Shown here in pieces: positions 1 through 8,213 of a stretch of 64,000 nucleotides of DNA. The notes under the pieces are model-generated. The model saw nothing but the letters and a program-made list of their open reading frames with translations. It was not told where the DNA came from and did not search any database. The DNA lies in IMG/VR virus record IMGVR_UViG_3300036760_000150, positions 1-64,000 of that record; one strand, written 5' to 3'. Position 1 is the first letter of the stretch. Every line of letters begins with the position of its first letter. The position numbers were made by a program, and so were the translations under genes. This DNA comes from a virus.

Positions 1-233
1 CTGTAGAGCTGGCTGTAGAGCTGGCTGTCGAGCTGGCTGTCGAGCTGGCTGTAGAGCTGGCTGTCGAGCTGGCTGTCGAGCTGGCTGCGGAGCTGGCTGT
101 CGAGCTGGCTGCGGAGCTGGCTGTAGAGCTGGCTGTCGAGCTGGCTGTCGAGCTGGCTGTCGAGCTGGCTGTCGAGCTGGCTGTAGAGCTGGCTGCGGAG
201 CTGGCTGTAGAGCTGGCTGTCGAGCTGGCTGCG
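1..233 (-). repeat. Perfect 12-bp tandem repeat (about 19.5 units visible) encoding SQL[D/Y/R]
   Basis: + strand GAGCTGGCT invariant x19, separated by GTC, GTA or GCG; - strand AGC CAG CTC + GAC/TAC/CGC. Confidence 0.98.
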
Positions 234-461
234 GAATTTTGTATTTTTAATAAGATTACATGCGAGTTGGCATGCCATTGGAGAATTAAGGAAGATGATA
301 TACTTAGGCTTGTCGATATTAAGAATCTTCTCGTAGAAGAAATTTACGGCTTTCCTAGCTTTCTTCTTGTCAATTCTCTTTGTCCTGTATCCAACCTTTA
401 ACCATTTCTTTAAGTAGGCTGGAACTTTCTTTTCCTGAACCTTTGTCATTTTCTCGATCAT
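1..461 (-). CDS. Repeat-containing protein, runs off the window edge; architecture recalls DUF6745-associated phage/bacterial proteins
   Basis: Not in the ORF track. Manual translation from ATG at 461 (RBS AGGGAG): MIEKMTKVQEKKVPAYLKKWLKVGYRTKRIDKKKARKAVNFFYEKILNIDKPKYIIFLNSPMACQLACNLIKNTKF followed by R-SQL-D-SQL-Y-SQL...; open to position 1. Confidence 0.85.
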   Translation of the reverse strand, partial: MIEKMTKVQEKKVPAYLKKWLKVGYRTKRIDKKKARKAVNFFYEKILNIDKPKYIIFLNSPMACQLACNLIKNTKFRSQLDSQLYSQLRSQLYSQLDSQLDSQLDSQLDSQLYSQLRSQLDSQLRSQLDSQLDSQLYSQLDSQLDSQLYSQLY

Positions 462-484
462 AATCTTATCTCCCTAAAGGATAC

Positions 485-513
485 ATGTTAAGATAAAAAC
501 GATGTTGAGTCAA
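485..513 (-). promoter_or_regulatory. sigma70-like promoter for the repeat gene
   Basis: TTGACT-N17-TAACAT on - strand, upstream of the RBS and ATG at 461. Confidence 0.7.
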
Positions 514-540
514 TTAATAGATCTATTTTGTTCATACGAA

Positions 541-771
541 CTATCTTGCTTTCAAATCTCTTAGTAGATACTTTGGCTTTTTCAACTGTCTGTTCATCAT
601 AGCCTCGAAGCGACACCTTGAACGATCGATCTTCTCTATCAGGTCAACTTGTTCTAGATCTAAGGTGTAGCCGTACTCGAACACGGCAGACAACAACGTG
701 TCCCAATCGGACTTCGCCAGCGAGATGTTGACTTTCATGCACCCTAGCGGTTCAGACCTTCGTCCCATCAT
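541..771 (-). CDS. hypothetical protein
   Basis: 76-aa ORF with 4-bp overlap to the upstream gene. Confidence 0.6.
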   Translation of the reverse strand: MMGRRSEPLGCMKVNISLAKSDWDTLLSAVFEYGYTLDLEQVDLIEKIDRSRCRFEAMMNRQLKKPKYLLRDLKAR

Positions 772-1088
772 TTTTCAATCTTCTCCAGAGCACCCTTGAC
801 CGTTGCTATGAGACCTGCGAAGTCAACCATACCACTGTTGTTGGCCACATCTTCTGTGAGTCCAAACAAGACAGTCTCCAGGGCAGACTTCATAATCTTC
901 ACCGCTGGGTTTGTCGAGTCGGCCCAGGTGGCTCCATTACAGAAAGTGTTGCCGTGTGAACTTACTTGAATAGGTGTACTATAGTTTTTGTTCGAGTAGG
1001 CGGCTGCAGCCCTCTCAATCTCCGCACTGCGACTCTCACCTAACTTTTTATTAGGCCATTTTTGAATTTCAGTTAACGCCTTGCTCAT
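768..1088 (-). CDS. hypothetical protein
   Basis: 106-aa ORF, GGAG RBS, tightly packed. Confidence 0.7.
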   Translation of the reverse strand: MSKALTEIQKWPNKKLGESRSAEIERAAAAYSNKNYSTPIQVSSHGNTFCNGATWADSTNPAVKIMKSALETVLFGLTEDVANNSGMVDFAGLIATVKGALEKIEK

Positions 1089-1090
1089 CT

Positions 1091-1432
1091 CTAACTCTCC
1101 TGATCGTTCCTGTTGAAATCTTCTAAGTTTGCCCTACCTGGCTCGTCTCCGCCAAAACGTACCTCTACCCAGTCAAGCCAAACGCGCTTGGACTTCTGCT
1201 TACGCATCCATGACTTAAATTTTCCTCGCAGTTCATCGTGTCTTTCTGACGTTTCCCATCCTTCCTTGCTGCCGTCTGGGGCAACCAAGAACGATCGTTC
1301 ACCGTTGGTTGCCGCGTCAGTGACGTTGGTGACCATACCCTTGAAGAGTCTATAGGCTAGCTTATGCGCTCTCTTGATACTTTTCTCGTCCCAGCTAGAT
1401 ACTACGATCGCATGATGAGCAAAATAACCCAT
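1091..1432 (-). CDS. hypothetical phage protein
   Basis: 113-aa ORF, strong GGAGG RBS, motif SFLVAPDGSKEGW. Confidence 0.8.
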   Translation of the reverse strand: MGYFAHHAIVVSSWDEKSIKRAHKLAYRLFKGMVTNVTDAATNGERSFLVAPDGSKEGWETSERHDELRGKFKSWMRKQKSKRVWLDWVEVRFGGDEPGRANLEDFNRNDQES

Positions 1433-1443
1433 TTACCACCTCC

Positions 1444-1504
1444 AAAAAAGTCCGTCACGCCCACCATGGAAGGGCCACGGACACTGGCCACTTCAGCGGT
1501 CAGC
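1444..1504 (-). terminator. Intrinsic terminator or attenuator-like double hairpin
   Basis: - strand GTCCGT-G-GCCC...GGGC-GTG-ACGGAC followed by T6, preceded by hairpin GCTGACCGC-TGAA-GTGGCCAGT. Confidence 0.6.
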
Positions 1505-1512
1505 TCCACATA

Positions 1513-1758
1513 TCATTTACAGTAACAGTCTCCGGTTATAAATCCAACCCAGTCAAGGTCAGTTCCATACTTCTTCTGGCATTCTTCCTGGCAATGTTTC
1601 TCGTACCGCTCGCTGTTGTAAGATTGGTGTACCCTGGAACACCCCACGATCATCGCTATGCCCAAGGATACTACTAGTACACATAAGAAGGCCATAACTA
1701 CATGTAAGATCACAGAGATCAGGTATGGTACGCCGCCAGAGCCTTGTTTGTTGCGCAT
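1513..1758 (-). CDS. Small membrane protein, possible lipoprotein
   Basis: Likely start MRNKQ at 1758 (AAGGAA RBS); long hydrophobic stretch ending in lipobox-like IVGC; CxxxC and CxC in the C-terminal part. Confidence 0.65.
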   Translation of the reverse strand: MRNKQGSGGVPYLISVILHVVMAFLCVLVVSLGIAMIVGCSRVHQSYNSERYEKHCQEECQKKYGTDLDWVGFITGDCYCK

Positions 1759-1797
1759 GTTCGTGTTCCTTTCCACTTAATCGTATACACTACCTGC

Positions 1798-1826
1798 AGT
1801 CTACGTGGGTATTAATCCCAAGTCAA
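1798..1826 (-). promoter_or_regulatory. sigma70-like promoter of the leftward early cluster
   Basis: TTGACT-N17-TAGACT; the spacer holds the inverted repeat TGGG-ATTAATA-CCCA. Confidence 0.65.
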
Positions 1827-1867
1827 TACTTTTTATCATCAATCTTTACAACTACTTACGTCACACT

Positions 1868-1888
1868 CTTAATCTTCTACAGGTACCC
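1868..1888 (+). promoter_or_regulatory. Putative late promoter motif, copy 1
   Basis: CTTAATCTT-N6-GTACCC upstream of the tail operon; also at 12421 and 20126. Confidence 0.6.
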
Positions 1889-1930
1889 CATCTACCCTGC
1901 CCTACCTAGCCCTCCTGGAGCAACCACATT

Positions 1931-2323
1931 ATGAAGCTACCTAGTTTCACATCTAGTGTCACCATAGACGTTGAGGGTGACATAACCCACAGCCGTTGGG
2001 TTGGCACGTTCGAGGTCAAGAGAGTCCTCACACACGGGGACAGGTTCAAGCTTGAGCAGTACTACAAAGAGTACCTGCCAGACGACTCCACCGTGCAGGA
2101 GATCATAAAGCTCAGGGCAGCCACCTTAGCCGAGCTTAGGACAAGGGTGGTGAAGGGTCCACCGTGGTGGGAAGCGTCCAACTACGGTGTAGACCTGGTG
2201 GACAAAGACCCCATGTACACCTTGCTTAAGGAATGTGAAGCTGCCACGAAGCGATGGCACGAGGAACTAGGCGAGATGGTCAAGGACAGACCTAAGGTAG
2301 AGGGCTCCGGTGCTTCGGGTTGA
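1931..2323 (+). CDS. Putative tail assembly chaperone
   Basis: 130 aa, two genes upstream of the tape measure; chaperone-like LRTRVVKGPPWW...DKDPMYTL segment. Confidence 0.65.
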   Translation: MKLPSFTSSVTIDVEGDITHSRWVGTFEVKRVLTHGDRFKLEQYYKEYLPDDSTVQEIIKLRAATLAELRTRVVKGPPWWEASNYGVDLVDKDPMYTLLKECEAATKRWHEELGEMVKDRPKVEGSGASG

Positions 2324-2771
2324 CCATATCGAGAAGCTGGCCGCGCACAACGCGGCCAACAACGACACCTTAGGCTCACTCCTAAGGAAGGCGTACAGGC
2401 ATCTCTCTAAGACGTACCACACGCCTCTACACATCGCAGAGAGGGACGTGCCGGAGTACGAAGCGCTACTAGTGTACTTCGAGGATCAGTTCGACGAGCT
2501 TGACGCCGTTGAACTTGCCGATCGTATAGCCCTCATGTACAAGAAGCCATCGCTTGAGCAGATCAACTCAGGCTATGTGCCATCTGAGTCTGGCGTATCA
2601 AACATCGTTGGCGACGAGGAGTGGGTGGCACATATGAACATAAAGTTAAGGCGCAAGGAAGAAGATGATCGTCAGGCTGACGAGATCAAGAAGGCCACAC
2701 AGGTCGTGGCAGAGGTCGACAAGGCCATAAGCCAGTTCAACGAGTCCATGAAGGCGACTAAGGAAGACTGA
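2310..2771 (+). CDS. Putative second tail chaperone or pre-tape-measure protein
   Basis: 153 aa, GTG start with GAGGG RBS, overlaps both neighbours; helical. Confidence 0.55.
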   Translation: MLRVDHIEKLAAHNAANNDTLGSLLRKAYRHLSKTYHTPLHIAERDVPEYEALLVYFEDQFDELDAVELADRIALMYKKPSLEQINSGYVPSESGVSNIVGDEEWVAHMNIKLRRKEEDDRQADEIKKATQVVAEVDKAISQFNESMKATKED

Positions 2772-5050
2772 TGTTAGACGAGACCATAAAGCAGATAGTG
2801 CTCAAGTTCAAGGTCGACGACCAAGCCAACGTCAGCGAGATATCCAAGCATCTCAACAAGCTCAACGAGTCGATGCAGAAGTCCATCCCTACCAAAGAGG
2901 CCAGCGAGTTCCTGAAGATATCAGAGAAGATCGGCGGTGAGTTCCAGAAGGTCGCCCAGAGCATGAACAACATGCGCATGGTGCAGCTCAAAGGTGACCT
3001 AAGAGACATCAACACCCAGATGGGTGAGCTGCAGCGACAGCTTCACCAGGTGGATCAACAGGTCAAATCCTCAGCGCTTGGTGGCGACAGAGAAGCCTAC
3101 ATGTCTGCGTCTACCCAAAGAGACCAGCTCATGGGCCAGATGGCCACCTTGGGTGGTCGTCAGCAGGCCGTGAGCGGTGCAGTCGGCGGTGGTGGCGGTT
3201 TCATGTCCAGGAACGCAGGTCGCGTCATCGCTGGCGCACAGACCGTGTCGGCAGTCGGCGGCATGTACGGTGGGTACGAGGCCTTAGAAGGTTACAAGAC
3301 GCAGGCCCTCATAGAGAACAAACTCTCACGCATAGAGTCCTACGCCTCAGACCTAAGGCGAGCCCAGGAGAACACATACGGCGGCAACGTCCTAAGGGCC
3401 TACTACGACGCACGCTTCTCAGACATGGCCACACGTATGGCAGTTGCCAACGTCACTGGTCAACGTCGAGAGATGTTCGGCCAGACAGTAGGAGCTGAGG
3501 CCAGGGTTGGTGGTGCCGCTGTCGAAGGTGCCATGACCGGTGGGCTGCAAGGTCTACCTGGAGGTGCCACAGGCATGGCGGTTGGTGCTGTCGCTGGTGG
3601 CGTGGGTGCTGCTGGCAACCAAGCTCTGTCAGCCGAGCGACTTAGGTTTCAGCTGTCTCAGTTCGACCAGTCCCGCAGGGCCGAGGTCATGGACAAGCGC
3701 CGTGAGTACCTAGACAGGTTGGCTGCGTCCGCACCAGACAGGGTCATGATGGAGTACATGTTCAACCAAGCTCCGTCGCGTGCTAGGATTGAGTCCACCA
3801 TGGGCTTCGGAGGTAACGTCCTGCCAGGCTTGTACGGTCAAGCCTTAGGTACCGGTGTCGCAGGCAGGGAGGATGTCAACTCAGCATTGATGTCCACCCG
3901 TGGTCGCATGAGCACCACCGAGCAACTCACAGGTATAGAGGCCGCAGTCGGCGGCATGGGCAAGCGAGTCGGTGTAGGTACCCTCCAAGAACGCCAAGGC
4001 TTGGCAGCTGGCATACAACGAAACGTGCCTAGGATAGGCGGTGCCCAGCTTGAGTCCAGCATGTCACAGATTCAGTCAACCTTCGAGCCTGGCATGCAGG
4101 TAGGTTTCGAGGCAGGCGTCAGAGGTCAGATGAGCCAGACCATAATGCCTGTCAACCCGATGACGATGGCTGGCAGGGCGGCTGGCGCCTTAGGTGCAGC
4201 ACAAGCCACAGGCGTCTCAGGTCAGATGGCTCAGGAAGGTTTTCAGCGTGCACTTGAGATGGGTGAGCCCATGGCGCAAGGCGGCACCCTTGAGAACCAG
4301 ATCATGAGGTCGTCCATACGAGGTGCCATACTAGGTGCTGGCGCTACAGGAGGCATGGCTGTCGCTACGGAAAATCTTATATCACAGATGGGCTTTGAGG
4401 AGATAGAGGCCTTGCCAAACAACCCTCAGCTACTTAAGGCACTAGGGCTAAACCGAAGTGCTGCGAGACAGATAGTCCAGCGTGCAAAGCGAGCAAAGAT
4501 AGACACACTCCGAATGGCTGGCGTACCAGAGGACACATTAAGACGATTAGGTGCTGGCAAAGCCACACAGGTCGACAGGATGCGAGTCGGACTGATAGAG
4601 ACAGGTGGTCGTCGCGAGAACATATCTGCCTTAGCTGGCAGAGGAGCGTTGGTAGAGCAACGTGTCTCAGGTACCACAGGTAAACTAGGCGGCAGAGGTC
4701 CAGGAGCTGAAACAGACAACATGGGCATATCCCGAGCAGCTGGCGAAGGTCAAGCTGCCCTGGAGCAGTCCATCAGCATGATCCAGCAGGAGTCTGGTGG
4801 TGCCATAGGTGGTGCCGCTGTCAGCCAGATGCGTGAGAACCTGTCCACCGTCGAGGGCAAGCGAGCCGTGACAGCTGGCTTGATCACTGGTCAGCAGCAA
4901 GGCATGATGTCTGACGCGGCTGGCGCCAAAGAGAACGTCGCACAAGACCTAAAAGGATCACTCAAGGAACTATCGGCTGCCATACGCAGCGCTGCCTCTG
5001 AGATAAGGCAGTCGTTCGGGTCGTCTGGCAAAGTCGTTCACACTAGGTAA
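2771..5050 (+). CDS. Tape measure protein
   Basis: 759 aa, A/G/Q/M-rich helical sequence with N-terminal coiled coil, located between chaperones and hub. Confidence 0.75.
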   Translation: MLDETIKQIVLKFKVDDQANVSEISKHLNKLNESMQKSIPTKEASEFLKISEKIGGEFQKVAQSMNNMRMVQLKGDLRDINTQMGELQRQLHQVDQQVKSSALGGDREAYMSASTQRDQLMGQMATLGGRQQAVSGAVGGGGGFMSRNAGRVIAGAQTVSAVGGMYGGYEALEGYKTQALIENKLSRIESYASDLRRAQENTYGGNVLRAYYDARFSDMATRMAVANVTGQRREMFGQTVGAEARVGGAAVEGAMTGGLQGLPGGATGMAVGAVAGGVGAAGNQALSAERLRFQLSQFDQSRRAEVMDKRREYLDRLAASAPDRVMMEYMFNQAPSRARIESTMGFGGNVLPGLYGQALGTGVAGREDVNSALMSTRGRMSTTEQLTGIEAAVGGMGKRVGVGTLQERQGLAAGIQRNVPRIGGAQLESSMSQIQSTFEPGMQVGFEAGVRGQMSQTIMPVNPMTMAGRAAGALGAAQATGVSGQMAQEGFQRALEMGEPMAQGGTLENQIMRSSIRGAILGAGATGGMAVATENLISQMGFEEIEALPNNPQLLKALGLNRSAARQIVQRAKRAKIDTLRMAGVPEDTLRRLGAGKATQVDRMRVGLIETGGRRENISALAGRGALVEQRVSGTTGKLGGRGPGAETDNMGISRAAGEGQAALEQSISMIQQESGGAIGGAAVSQMRENLSTVEGKRAVTAGLITGQQQGMMSDAAGAKENVAQDLKGSLKELSAAIRSAASEIRQSFGSSGKVVHTR

Positions 5051-5053
5051 GAT

Positions 5054-6931
5054 ATGGCCTTAGAAGAAGACCACTACGCATACCACCTAAGACCGAACTC
5101 GGTGGACAGTCACCAAGCACAGCCTTGGGCGCTGATCCTTATCATACATTTCATGCAGCCTAACACACTAGACCTACCATCAGCCGACTTCGCCTTCAAA
5201 CCTCTGAGCGAGAAGCAGGGTGGCAGTGGGTCTAGCCTGTTCAGCGACGACAACGCGGTCAAGTACCAGAAGATCCTCATACGCTCAGACATACTTGAGG
5301 CCACGGTTCAGAGCAACAAAGGCAGCATAATAGGCTCGGCCACAGTCACTTTGGTACCAGGTCAGTATGAGTACGACAACGTCGTCACAGCTGGCGACCA
5401 CGCGTTCATATGGATGGGCAACGACATATCCAGGATGAGCGAGGTGGTGACTGCCTTAGGCAACGGCACCAAGGCTAACGGCTTCTTAAGTGGACTTAAG
5501 TTCTACGGTCGTGTGGAGTCTGTTAGAAAACTACTAGACCAAGACGACAATGGTGTCAAGAGCATAAGGTTCAACCTCAACTTCAAGAGCTTCTCAGAGC
5601 TTAACTCGCAGGTGTACTTCAACCCGTACCTCAGGAACTCCAACCCAGACCCGTACGCCTTCTACGCGCAGCTGTCGCAGAGTTACTCGGAGATGTTCAG
5701 CAAGGACAAGATCGTAAAACCTCAGAACGCGATAAAGTTCCTACTAAACGTGTTCCTCGGCAAGGGTCCAGACACAAAAGCCAAAGGTACCAACGAGGTG
5801 CCAAGAAGCCCGACCAACGCGTTCATGGTGCCTAAGGCGGTAGGCGAGGTGCTAGGTCAGCTTCAGCCTAGTAAGGGAGCTAGGTTGACGTACGTCGACG
5901 TGCTCAACACCTTGATAGGCATGCAGAGGTACACGACCACGGAGCAGCAGTTCGAGGATAAACAGTACGAGGGTTTCGTCCCTGTCATATCTGAGGAGAC
6001 CATCTCCACCAGGCAGAGGGAGTGCCCAGACGAACTTAAAGGAGCCTTTCCAGCACTGCCAGACCTGTTCAACAACACCGCCCTGTCTTCCATACTGAGT
6101 AGCCTCCTTAACTCAGCGTTGAACGAGATGTACTTCACGTTGAGGTGCGACGAGGAAGGTAACATACTTCCTACACTTGTGGCCAGGCAGATACCGTTCA
6201 CCACCGACAGGTTCCACAGCGCCTTCCCACAGTCAGATGCCACCAGCTTCCTTGAGCTTCCTAGGTGGGTCGTAGACAAAGGTCTGAGGATAGGCGAGTA
6301 CAACATAGGGACGAGTGACGTGGCTCGGGTCAACTTCGTGCAGTTCTTCGGGACTCTGTTCAACTCAGCCATATCAGCCACACAGTCCATGGCAGCGCAG
6401 TCCTCCAACAAGAGCTTCAAGGAAGACACCCTGGACATCCTAAGGAGCGGTGGCAGAAACATGATCGTCACATCCAACGTGCTCATAGACCAGCAGTCAG
6501 GCTCGATAGTGCCTGAGAAGGTAGCTGAGTACGCCACGCTGGTGGCCGACTGGTACATGAACGGTCACCTAAAGTTGACAGGCTCGATGACCCTCCCAGG
6601 AGTGCCTGAGCCGATATGCGTGGGAGACAACCTTGAGCACGACAGCAAGGTGTTTCACATCGAAGGACTCACCCACAGGTACATGGTGGCTGGCAGCAAC
6701 AAGTCGTTCAACACGTCGTTGACACTGGTCAACGGCTTAAGAGATGATGGCACGTACTCGTACACTGGGTCTCAGTCTATAGCAGACCAGAACGAGCAGT
6801 ACGGATCTTCAGACGAGAAGAACGCCAACACTGCAGACTTCAGGGAGGCTTCAAACATCAAGGAAGCTGTCGACTCGATACTGAATAGCATACCGATACA
6901 AGCGGTGAAAGATAAGCTGGGGATAGTCTGA
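5054..6931 (+). CDS. Baseplate hub protein (gp27/gpD-like)
   Basis: 625 aa after the TMP; C-terminal GSMTLPG...ICVGDNL...FHIEGLTHRY...FNTSLTL hub-type motif. Confidence 0.7.
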   Translation: MALEEDHYAYHLRPNSVDSHQAQPWALILIIHFMQPNTLDLPSADFAFKPLSEKQGGSGSSLFSDDNAVKYQKILIRSDILEATVQSNKGSIIGSATVTLVPGQYEYDNVVTAGDHAFIWMGNDISRMSEVVTALGNGTKANGFLSGLKFYGRVESVRKLLDQDDNGVKSIRFNLNFKSFSELNSQVYFNPYLRNSNPDPYAFYAQLSQSYSEMFSKDKIVKPQNAIKFLLNVFLGKGPDTKAKGTNEVPRSPTNAFMVPKAVGEVLGQLQPSKGARLTYVDVLNTLIGMQRYTTTEQQFEDKQYEGFVPVISEETISTRQRECPDELKGAFPALPDLFNNTALSSILSSLLNSALNEMYFTLRCDEEGNILPTLVARQIPFTTDRFHSAFPQSDATSFLELPRWVVDKGLRIGEYNIGTSDVARVNFVQFFGTLFNSAISATQSMAAQSSNKSFKEDTLDILRSGGRNMIVTSNVLIDQQSGSIVPEKVAEYATLVADWYMNGHLKLTGSMTLPGVPEPICVGDNLEHDSKVFHIEGLTHRYMVAGSNKSFNTSLTLVNGLRDDGTYSYTGSQSIADQNEQYGSSDEKNANTADFREASNIKEAVDSILNSIPIQAVKDKLGIV

Positions 6932-8043
6932 TGCAGTTCGACGGAAGTGTGGTACCATCCAACCTAGGTGCAGGCCAGCCAGCCGACGCGTCAGCATACA
7001 GGACCGCGAGCTTCTCGCTCAAGGAAGGTGTCGTCACAGACATCATATACCCAGACCAGTCTGACAACCTCTCCAAGCGCGACATCGAGTACAACATCGC
7101 GGTGGTCGAGTACCTACCACAGGTCGGTGCCAACCTTCAACTCTACAGGAACTGCAGAGTGGCAAACCTCTTCGGCACGACGAACAACTCGCTCAACTTC
7201 ACGTTGCAACCTTCCACTGACAAGATGTCCAACATAGGCGACAAGGTCGGACAAGACGTGTTCAAGGATGGTGCCAGAGTCATCGTGTTATGCATAGGTG
7301 GCGTGTCGCAGGCTGGCTACTGCGTCATAGTCGGTGGACTAAGGCACGGCGACGACAAGGTGTACAGCTCTAAAGATGGTCAGTTCCACGACTTCAACTT
7401 CAACGGCGTTCAGCAGCTCATCAACAAGGACGGCGAGTACGTCGTAAACTTCAACAGCCCGATAGACCAAGACGGCAAGCAGTCTAAACCTAAGGCAGCT
7501 GGCACGCAGGTCAAGATAGACAAGGAAGGTAGAGTCAGCATCTCTGACAACGAGGGGCAGGTCGTCAAGGTGGATCGAGTCGCCAAGAAGGTCGAGATCA
7601 CGAATGGATTCGAGACCTTCACCATGGACAAAGCCAACAAGCTGATATCCATGAACTCAAGTGGAGACGTCAAGGAGACAGCTTCCAAATCAGTATCTGT
7701 TAACTCCGGCTCAGACACAAAGATAGACGCTGGTGGTCAGGTCAGCATGAAGTCTGGTGGTCAGACTCTTATAGACGCTGGCGGCACCATGGACATGAAG
7801 TCTGGCGGTCAGTGGAGACTGCAGGCCAGCGGCAACGTCATCGTGACAGCTGGCGGCGAGGTGTCTGTGGTTGGCGCTTCAGGTCCGGTCATCAAGTCAG
7901 CAGGACCTTTGACCTTGGTTGGCCAAGGTGCCGTTCCGGCAGCAGCAGTCGGAATAAGTCAGTGTTTTGGACTTGGTAATTTAGGGGCACCAGTTTTGTC
8001 TACCATCATAACGGGAAGTTCAACCGTCTTTATAGGTGCTTAA
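6931..8043 (+). CDS. Baseplate central spike (gp5/gpV/VgrG-like)
   Basis: N-terminal OB-like region, 8-residue beta-repeats (IDAGGQVSMKSGG), PAAR-like C-terminus. Confidence 0.75.
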   Translation: MQFDGSVVPSNLGAGQPADASAYRTASFSLKEGVVTDIIYPDQSDNLSKRDIEYNIAVVEYLPQVGANLQLYRNCRVANLFGTTNNSLNFTLQPSTDKMSNIGDKVGQDVFKDGARVIVLCIGGVSQAGYCVIVGGLRHGDDKVYSSKDGQFHDFNFNGVQQLINKDGEYVVNFNSPIDQDGKQSKPKAAGTQVKIDKEGRVSISDNEGQVVKVDRVAKKVEITNGFETFTMDKANKLISMNSSGDVKETASKSVSVNSGSDTKIDAGGQVSMKSGGQTLIDAGGTMDMKSGGQWRLQASGNVIVTAGGEVSVVGASGPVIKSAGPLTLVGQGAVPAAAVGISQCFGLGNLGAPVLSTIITGSSTVFIGA

Positions 8044-8045
8044 AT

Positions 8046-8213
8046 ATGAAACCATATAACTTCAGAAAATCTAGCGAATACCAGATGAGTGCTGACGTTA
8101 AAGCTGATAAGAAGACTAATCGTTCGTTCAAGCGGTCAGAACGTCAGAGTGTCAAACGCACCATAAGAAAGATCACAGGTCCGTTGACGTCTAAGCTACA
8201 GAAAGAAAAGTAA
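8046..8213 (+). CDS. Small basic protein (55 aa)
   Basis: Manual ORF MKPYNFRKSSEYQMSADVKADKKTNRSFKRSERQSVKRTIRKITGPLTSKLQKEK; fills the gap exactly with a TAATG overlap into the next gene. Confidence 0.55.
   Translation: MKPYNFRKSSEYQMSADVKADKKTNRSFKRSERQSVKRTIRKITGPLTSKLQKEK

Noticed and set aside
1-233. 12-bp array as a CRISPR array or DGR variable region (variable codons are all NNC, as from AAC mutagenesis)
   Set aside because: There are no unique spacers and the unit is too short for CRISPR. The adenines in AGC and CAG are invariant, only three codon states recur, and no reverse transcriptase or template repeat is in the window.
1-233. GCTGGCTG repeats as Chi sites
   Set aside because: They do not match GCTGGTGG and are explained by the coding repeat.
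1433-1512. Possible tRNA or tRNA fragment
   Set aside because: No cloverleaf and no TTCG/A T-loop; better explained as terminator-like hairpins.
2290-2330. Programmed frameshift joining the two tail chaperone ORFs (lambda G/GT style)
   Set aside because: There is no XXXYYYZ slippery heptamer. The second ORF is in the +1 frame and has its own GTG with a GAGGG RBS. Not excluded, but unsupported.
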